IMG/VR virus record: IMGVR_UViG_3300042454_000021
Location: 32,001-96,000 of that record
From: a virus
Strand: one strand, 5' to 3'
DNA: 64,000 nucleotides
A model generated the notes under the pieces. It saw only the letters and a list, made by a program, of their open reading frames with translations, did no database searches and had not been told where the DNA came from. Positions 58,133-64,000 of the stretch are shown here, in pieces. Position 1 is the stretch's first letter. Each line of letters begins with the position of its first letter. The translations under genes were made by a program, and so were the position numbers.

Positions 58133-58360
58133 AATGCTATATATTTACAAGGTTAAAAAAATTGATAGTTTTAAAAAGCCAGGTCTATCAACTGAGCACA
58201 ATGATACAGATGGTGATGAAATACTTGTTAGTAAGACTTTCTTTCATCACCCTTCTTGTATTAACTTTTAGTTTTGGACACTACTGGTGGAAAGTTATTA
58301 AACCACCTCACGCATAGTACACTCATCTAAGAACTACCAAAGACTTATGTCTAACTGTCG

Positions 58361-58460
58361 TAGTCAGGACAGGATTCGAACCTGTATGATGGTTGCTTTA
58401 AGATTACGTTTTCACCCTTCTTTCCATCTAAGCTAGCGTCTACCATTTCGCCACCTGACT
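58361..58460 (-). tRNA. tRNA-like RNA (Leu-type D arm) with non-canonical or replaced anticodon region; no encoded CCA
   Basis: AGTCAGG/CCTGACT acceptor stem, TGGCGAAATGGTAGACGC D arm and ACAGG-TTCGAAT-CCTGT T arm; the 50-nt central region has no standard anticodon stem-loop. Confidence 0.75.
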
Positions 58461-58466
58461 ATATAA

Positions 58467-58597
58467 TATCCCTCTGCATTCAATTGTAATATAATAAGCT
58501 ACCTCTAACATTTAGTCTTTTGAACTAAACAGTCACTGTCCTGACCTATTACATTACAATTGCTATCCCTTGGGAAGATAGAATGATGCATTAAATA
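58467..58597 (-). ncRNA. Twister-like self-cleaving ribozyme candidate (P1 type with long P5)
   Basis: UAA-UGCA...CUAUC-UUCCCAAGG-GAUAG...UGCA-GAGGG, with a 17-bp P5 stem. Confidence 0.5.
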
Positions 58598-58600
58598 AAA

Positions 58601-58617
58601 GGGAGAACAAGTCTCCC
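58601..58617 (-). terminator. Hairpin with U-rich tail after ORF 58618
   Basis: GGGAGAC-TTG-TTCTCCC-TTTTATTT on the - strand. Confidence 0.55.
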
Positions 58618-58821
58618 TCAATAATACTCCTCGTCTTGGTCAACATAACCAACTTCAGGAGACACATACCTCAATCCTTCTTGATTAGGCATATCATCAG
58701 AAACTAATCTCCAATGAAATGAACCAAGAGGAGATGAATTAATTATATGTTGAGCTTCTTCTATTGAATAGACAAACATTATATGTCTACCCATGTAATC
58801 ATATATTTGATAAGTACTCAT
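58618..58821 (-). CDS. Hypothetical early protein
   Basis: A-rich leader. Confidence 0.55.
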   Translation of the reverse strand: MSTYQIYDYMGRHIMFVYSIEEAQHIINSSPLGSFHWRLVSDDMPNQEGLRYVSPEVGYVDQDEEYY

Positions 58822-59147
58822 GTCTTTATTATTTAAAAGGTTAATGCTATATATTTTCAGTGTTCGTCACTATTATAGCGTTGGTTAAAAGGATATTATT
58901 ACCTGTGATGGGTTACACTGCACTATTTTTACACACAGATATATATAATTCTGATGCTATTTTACCATAAAAGTTTATTTCTCCCTAGGGACAAAGTGCA
59001 AAATAGCATTAGTTTATATACATCAGTGTAAATCCCACCCAACGTGCTACACTTCGTTCTTCACCCACCCTTATATATAAGGACTGTAATGGTAGGAGAG
59101 AGAACTTTCCCTCGAAGGTGCATTCCTTCTCTCTCCTATTATTCCAA

Positions 59148-59528
59148 TTACAATGTCACTGCAAGTAAACTGTCGATTGCTGATTGGCTTAATCCTGACT
59201 TACTTGCTTGCTCAGCTACTGCTTGCTTGATCTCGATGTCTAAGAATGCAGAATCAGCGTGAGCTTGCTTAATCTCATCACGAGTTTTGAATACTGACAA
59301 TGCTGTTAAGCGTGAGCTTGTTGCAGTGATAGCACCATTAGCATCGATAGTGTCAATGTCCTTCTCTGTTGCAATAGCAAAGATTGGGAATTTAACATCA
59401 GCATCAGCTGTTGCTCCAATGGCTTCCATCTGACGTCCAAAAATGTGAACTCTTTCTCCTAATGCTGTGTAGCCTGAGAAATTGCCTGCTGTTGAGAACT
59501 TGCCATTGTTGATTACGTAATTTTTCAT
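59148..59528 (-). CDS. Hypothetical protein (first gene of the leftward arm)
   Basis: Strong A-rich leader; codon usage suggests high expression. Confidence 0.7.
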   Translation of the reverse strand: MKNYVINNGKFSTAGNFSGYTALGERVHIFGRQMEAIGATADADVKFPIFAIATEKDIDTIDANGAITATSSRLTALSVFKTRDEIKQAHADSAFLDIEIKQAVAEQASKSGLSQSAIDSLLAVTL

Positions 59529-59780
59529 TTTTAATTATTTAGATTGTTTTCGTGTGCACTTTAACATGGGGGGCACACTCCATTCCCTAAAATCTCCTAG
59601 GGGTTGTGATATGATGTAACCTACCCTCTCACAGACACGAGGGGTGTGGGGGCTATAAAAAATTTTGGGTGGGAGTTAGCCAATGAAAAATTTCCTCTTG
59701 ACAAATTTTTTATTTCAAAAAAGTTTCCTCATCTTTGGGGGGGAAAGGGGGGGCCTTCCTTTCACGTAAACAGAAACATC

Positions 59781-59930
59781 ATGATAGATATTCGTTTTAA
59801 TAATATTTCTAAGTTTGGACTAGGGTTTGAATATAGAGCTAAGGAGTTACATTATTATTCTATGAAGAGACTTGACATTCATCTTTTAATAATCACTATT
59901 TCATTTGTAATTACAAAATTTAATATATAA
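59781..59930 (+). CDS. Small hypothetical protein
   Basis: More plausible ATG start within ORF 59646..59930. Confidence 0.4.
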   Translation: MIDIRFNNISKFGLGFEYRAKELHYYSMKRLDIHLLIITISFVITKFNI

Positions 59931-59957
59931 TATAGCAATGGAGATTATTCTCAGTGA

Positions 59958-59987
59958 TTGAGATTCCAAGAATAATACATATATTTG
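59958..59987 (+). promoter_or_regulatory. Bacteroidota-type promoter (TTG...TATATTTG)
   Basis: Lies just upstream of ATG 60001. Confidence 0.55.
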
Positions 59988-60000
59988 CCACAAACTAAAT

Positions 60001-60363
60001 ATGGAAAACAGTAGCAAGAAGATTATTGTCCAGAAGTTTCTTAGGAAAATAGAAGATAATTATGCTATGGCTGAAAAGTATTATAGTGTATTGTCTACAA
60101 TTAATAATTTGAAGCTTACACAGAGAGAGGTGCAGCTTGTAGCATTCACAGCTATACGAGGGAACATTTCTTATTCTTCTATCAGAGAGGATTTCTGTAA
60201 GAAATACAATAGCACATCTCCTACAATTAACAACATTATATCAAAGCTGAAGAGAATTGGTGTGTTTGTTAAGGATGGCTCGAAGATAAAGGTGAACCCA
60301 GTTATAATTCTTAATTTCTCTAATGATATAACGTTAGAGGTAAAGATGGAGCATAATGAATAA
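60001..60363 (+). CDS. Winged helix-turn-helix DNA-binding protein
   Basis: LTQRE...TINNIISKLKRIG...VNP. Confidence 0.6.
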   Translation: MENSSKKIIVQKFLRKIEDNYAMAEKYYSVLSTINNLKLTQREVQLVAFTAIRGNISYSSIREDFCKKYNSTSPTINNIISKLKRIGVFVKDGSKIKVNPVIILNFSNDITLEVKMEHNE

Positions 60364-60709
60364 GCCACAGAGTATGTCACATAAGGAGTTTCTCATAAGG
60401 ACATTAGCTGTAAAGCTGTCTGTAAATGAGAAGGTGATAGAGGCTGTTGTTAATCATCAATTCCAGAGTGCTAATGAGGCTATGGATTTGAATCATTCTA
60501 TAGAGCTTTCAGGATTTGGTAAGTTTATGCTGAATGTAAAGAAGGCACACAGAAAGATGGCTAAGCTTATAGGGAAAAGAGACACGTTTCAAGCTACAGT
60601 GGATGATGAAACGAAGACAGAAGCTGAAAGACTGAAAGCAAGTGTTGTAGTTAGTAAAACAATTGATCAAATAAATCTATTAAAACCAACAATAGACGCT
60701 CATGATTAA
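60356..60709 (+). CDS. HU/IHF-like DNA-binding protein
   Basis: LIRTLA...VIEAVV...SIELSGFGKF; upstream of terminase as in crAss-like phages. Confidence 0.7.
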   Translation: MNKPQSMSHKEFLIRTLAVKLSVNEKVIEAVVNHQFQSANEAMDLNHSIELSGFGKFMLNVKKAHRKMAKLIGKRDTFQATVDDETKTEAERLKASVVVSKTIDQINLLKPTIDAHD

Positions 60710-60995
60710 CTTTAAACAAGTTTATGAGGGATATAAAAACCTCATTATTCCATCTGCTGATATGAAGGTGGCAATTAGTCAAGTGAGACAGGAAAGATTA
60801 AACCAATGTTTTGATTGTCCCTTTCATTCTAAGTTCCATAAAACGCCTTTAAGGCCAGATGATCATTGCACAGAATGTGGATGTAATTTAGATGCAAAAA
60901 CGTCATGTTTAACATGTGAATGCCCTAAGCAAAAATGGTTAGCTGTGGTTAGTACGATTGAAGAAGAAGCAGAGTTAAAAAAACAAACCATATAG
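60702..60995 (+). CDS. Cys-rich zinc-binding protein
   Basis: R...C..CP...C..CGC.L.AKT.C..C.CP..KW. Confidence 0.7.
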   Translation: MINFKQVYEGYKNLIIPSADMKVAISQVRQERLNQCFDCPFHSKFHKTPLRPDDHCTECGCNLDAKTSCLTCECPKQKWLAVVSTIEEEAELKKQTI

Positions 60996-60996
60996 G

Positions 60997-61230
60997 ATGG
61001 CTATTATAAAGAAGGTTCCTCTTGATGAAATTATAGATGTCTTTATGGACTTATATAATAAGGGTGTAGATTTTATTGATTTAATAGCCTCTGAAAAAGA
61101 CAATAGAATCTCTGTCATATTCACAGAAGAATACATCAATCAAGAAGCTAAAGATGATTTCGAATTAGACAACAATGAAATCGATATAAACACTAAGCTG
61201 ACAGATGAGGATTTTAACCAACTTATATAA
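60997..61230 (+). CDS. Acidic hypothetical protein
   Basis: In operon. Confidence 0.6.
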   Translation: MAIIKKVPLDEIIDVFMDLYNKGVDFIDLIASEKDNRISVIFTEEYINQEAKDDFELDNNEIDINTKLTDEDFNQLI

Positions 61231-61508
61231 TGAAACCAAACTACTATGAAAAAATTCTTGCAGTTCTTACAGAATTAAAAGAAACATTCCCAACGTATAA
61301 CCTAGGCAGACACATAGAAACAGCTCTAGATGGATATAAAGATGTGTGGGGAATGACAGATAAAGAGATGCATTGGGCACTCATCAAATACAAAGCACAA
61401 ATCACGATGGATGTTCCTCATCCAGATGAATCAGAGATAGATAAGATTATAAAGGATGGAATGCAGTTACACAATATACTGCATGAAGACGAAGAAGACC
61501 TAGACTAA
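61230..61508 (+). CDS. Hypothetical protein
   Basis: In operon. Confidence 0.6.
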   Translation: MKPNYYEKILAVLTELKETFPTYNLGRHIETALDGYKDVWGMTDKEMHWALIKYKAQITMDVPHPDESEIDKIIKDGMQLHNILHEDEEDLD

Positions 61509-61509
61509 C

Positions 61510-61851
61510 ATGGCAGCACCAAAGAAAACTACATATATTAATACAGAGCTCGAATGGGCTGAAGAACAATTAAAATCTTGGAGACAGTATGTGGATGCAA
61601 ATCCCATGCATGAGCTAAAAGATAGAATTGAGTGGAAACCAACAGCAAAAGGTGGTGTAATGCCCATGGTTATTGCCTCTATTGAGGCTCAGGGCAAGTT
61701 CATCCAAGAGACAATGAAGAACTATTTAGCTCTTCTCGAAGTGGTGGATAAACTACGTGAGAAAGAAGAGGCTAAAGTGGAAGTGAGGGGTGGTGTAAGT
61801 ATGAGCTCTAAAGCTGAGAAATGGTTAAAGCAACGTAATGAAACTACATAA
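61510..61851 (+). CDS. Putative terminase small subunit or conserved pre-terminase protein
   Basis: Overlaps the TerL start; helical, ending VEVRGG. Confidence 0.45.
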   Translation: MAAPKKTTYINTELEWAEEQLKSWRQYVDANPMHELKDRIEWKPTAKGGVMPMVIASIEAQGKFIQETMKNYLALLEVVDKLREKEEAKVEVRGGVSMSSKAEKWLKQRNETT

Positions 61852-63862
61852 GGTTGATTATAAAGATTGGTTGATGAATCAGAAGCGTCTACCCACACCT
61901 GGCAGTGTTGAGTATGATGCTTTTTATGCATTTCATGAGGAGCTTTGTAAGAATGGTTGTATGATGGGAGACACCTACATTAACCCATTCCTCTACTGGC
62001 ATCTTAATGCATGGCATACAGAGATTGACGTTATAGATGATTATGGTAGAATAGCACAGAAATATGCTAACCCATCCTTAAGAGATAATGAGTGGATAGT
62101 GAGCTCTGAGATTGATAGAGCACAGAAGGAGAAAAAGGGCTTAGTTATCCTTGGTATTCGACGTTTTGCTAAGTCTGTTCTAGAGGCATCGTATGTGTCA
62201 CATGGGGCAACGTTTGATGAGAACTCACAGAACATTATAGCTGGCCTAAATGCAGCTGATATAAAGCTAATTACAGACAAGATTGACAAAGGATTAAACT
62301 ATCTACCAGAGGCATGGAAATGGCAACGTGTAGAGGATAATTGGAAGAACCAAGTGACGCTTGGTATAAAGACAAGAGGAGGAGAACGTATTCCCTTCTC
62401 ACAAATATTAATACGTAACTTAGACGAAGGTAATAACGAAGAAGCTATTGCTGGTACAAAACCTAGAAGATTAATTATAGATGAAATTGGTAAAGGAAAT
62501 TTCCTACGAGGCTTTCAAGCAGCTGTCCCTGGCTTCACAACACCCTTTGGTTGGGGCTGCTCACCAATTCTTACTGGCACTGGTGGGGATATGAAGAAAT
62601 TTATGGATGCCAAGAGCTTAATGTTCGATGTTGGCAACTATAACTTCTTAGAGTATAATAATGCTAAAGATGAAAAACGTATACATGGACTATTCATCTC
62701 TCACAAGTTTAGAATGGAAGCCAAGTATGAAAGTTCTCTTGGTGCATATTTAAATCTACCAAAGAAGAACGATTTACACAATGTAAAGATGATGGTGAGT
62801 GATGAAGAACTTGCCACAAAGATAACTAATGACAATCTCGAAAGGCTTAAGAAAGCTGGAGATAGACTTGCATATTTAAAAGAGAAGATGTACTATCCAC
62901 AAGAAGTGGATGATATATTCTTAAACGAGGATAGTAACATATTTGATATAGAGGGAGCAAAACGACAAAAGGCCAGACTTCTAGCTAATGAACGTACTGG
63001 TACGCCTGTTGTGCTATATGATGATGGTGATGGTATAAAGCATGAGTTTACAGACAAAATGCCCATCACCAACTTCCCTCTTAAGAATACAGATCATAAG
63101 GATGCTCCTATAGTTATATATGAGTTTCCTGTAGAAAATCCTCCTTATGGGTTATATGTAGCTGGAGTCGATCCATATCGTCAAGGTAAAGCTGCTTATT
63201 CAACATCATTAGGAGCTGTATACATCTATAAGAGGATGCATGCAATCACAGGTGAGAAGTATCAAGATATGTTTGTAGCTTCGTATTGTGCTCGTCCTGA
63301 TAAGAAGGAAGTTTGGGAAGAACAAGCTAGACTCTTGATTAAATATTATAATGCTAGAGCATTGTGTGAGAATGATGAGGTTTCGTTTATTGATTACATG
63401 ATTTCTAAGAACGATGCTCACTATTTAGAGAAGCAGCCTGAGTGGTTGAAAGAAGTGGTACCTAACACTACTGTGAGACGTGACTATGGTATACATCGTT
63501 CAGCAGAGAAGATTAGAGACTTCTTACATGGATGTCTTAAGAAGTATACAGAACAAACTCTCCTTGTTGAAAAGAATGAAGCAGGGGAAATAACTAATGA
63601 GAAGAAAGGTATGGTGAAGATATTCGATCCTGTCCTTTTGGAAGAAATGATTCAGTATAATGAAGATGGTAACTTTGATAGAATCATCGCAGCTGAATTA
63701 GCAGTAGCATTAGCTATGAAAATGGATCCTATTATGGGAAGAGTGGGATCTTCAGGAGATGCTAGAATAATGGCTATGCATCCAAGAATTAAGAAAAATA
63801 AATTGTTTGATGAGTCCAGAGGGCTTTTCAATAATAGACCTAAACAAAAACTGTTTACATAA
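61838..63862 (+). CDS. terL: Terminase large subunit (crAss-like)
   Basis: GIRRFAKS Walker A, LIIDEIG Walker B, TGTGG, AGVDPY RNase H-like nuclease motif, GNFDRI. Confidence 0.92.
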   Translation: MKLHKVDYKDWLMNQKRLPTPGSVEYDAFYAFHEELCKNGCMMGDTYINPFLYWHLNAWHTEIDVIDDYGRIAQKYANPSLRDNEWIVSSEIDRAQKEKKGLVILGIRRFAKSVLEASYVSHGATFDENSQNIIAGLNAADIKLITDKIDKGLNYLPEAWKWQRVEDNWKNQVTLGIKTRGGERIPFSQILIRNLDEGNNEEAIAGTKPRRLIIDEIGKGNFLRGFQAAVPGFTTPFGWGCSPILTGTGGDMKKFMDAKSLMFDVGNYNFLEYNNAKDEKRIHGLFISHKFRMEAKYESSLGAYLNLPKKNDLHNVKMMVSDEELATKITNDNLERLKKAGDRLAYLKEKMYYPQEVDDIFLNEDSNIFDIEGAKRQKARLLANERTGTPVVLYDDGDGIKHEFTDKMPITNFPLKNTDHKDAPIVIYEFPVENPPYGLYVAGVDPYRQGKAAYSTSLGAVYIYKRMHAITGEKYQDMFVASYCARPDKKEVWEEQARLLIKYYNARALCENDEVSFIDYMISKNDAHYLEKQPEWLKEVVPNTTVRRDYGIHRSAEKIRDFLHGCLKKYTEQTLLVEKNEAGEITNEKKGMVKIFDPVLLEEMIQYNEDGNFDRIIAAELAVALAMKMDPIMGRVGSSGDARIMAMHPRIKKNKLFDESRGLFNNRPKQKLFT

Positions 63863-64000
63863 TGGCAATTATTAGATATACCAAAGATGCGACTATTAGG
63901 TATGCGTACCTAAACATCTTCCCTGATCAGTTCAAAACTGAGAAGGAGAAAATGGATGAGAGTTGGATCAAGAATACAATGGACTATTTTGCTAATAAGT
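63862..64000 (+). CDS. Probable portal protein (3'-truncated by the window)
   Basis: Coupled to the TerL stop; FPDQF..EKEK.DESWIK..MD resembles crAss-like portal N-termini. Confidence 0.65.
   Translation, partial: MAIIRYTKDATIRYAYLNIFPDQFKTEKEKMDESWIKNTMDYFANK

Noticed and set aside
58361-58460. Calling the element a functional tRNA-Leu(TAG)
   Set aside because: CTTAGAT is present but is not enclosed by a properly positioned 5-bp anticodon stem.
59646-59780. 5' extension of ORF 59646..59930
   Set aside because: It runs through the G-tract regulatory region from a GTG; ATG 59781 with an A-rich leader is more plausible.
51470-63862. Introns or inteins in the polymerase or terminase
   Set aside because: Both ORFs are continuous and of ordinary length, with no intein splice motifs or LAGLIDADG inserts evident.
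1-64000. Stop-codon reassignment as in some crAss-like phages
   Set aside because: Conserved genes (polymerase, TerL, NrdJ, RecA) are full length in the standard code, TAG and TGA end genes, and no suppressor tRNA is seen.
1-64000. Diversity-generating retroelement, integrase or transposase
   Set aside because: No reverse transcriptase, recombinase or template/variable repeat pair was recognised.

Overview
This window is a 64-kb slice of an AT-rich tailed dsDNA phage genome in the standard genetic code. It is most consistent with a crAss-like or Crassvirales-related phage of an aquatic Bacteroidota host. Evidence: crAss-type IHF-TerL-portal order, family-B polymerase, DnaG/DnaB, Bacteroidota-type TAnnTTTG promoter elements and A-rich leaders without Shine-Dalgarno sites. 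Layout: (+) 1-8.7 kb, a Gly-Ser/Thr triplet-repeat fibre, a flavin-dependent halogenase and five 2OG-Fe(II) oxygenases; (-) 8.6-14.8 kb, a glycosyl-/methyltransferase cassette including a TibC/Aah-type protein glycosyltransferase; (+) 14.8-26.9 kb, lysis genes, mucin-like Thr/Ser-tailed proteins flanking a putative peptide O-glycosyltransferase, and a run of tiny Lys-rich proteins; (-) 27-59.5 kb, nucleotide metabolism, recombination, replication and early genes; (+) 59.8-64 kb, packaging genes. Three candidates for undescribed systems stand out: (1) a phage-encoded mucin-like protein O-glycosylation module at 19.6-22.8 kb; (2) a twister-like ribozyme immediately upstream of an anticodon-less tRNA-like RNA, with an internal antisense element (58.36-58.60 kb); (3) an array of distinct palindromic sites at 50.9-51.1 kb. 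All family assignments come from motif recognition by eye; no database search was run.
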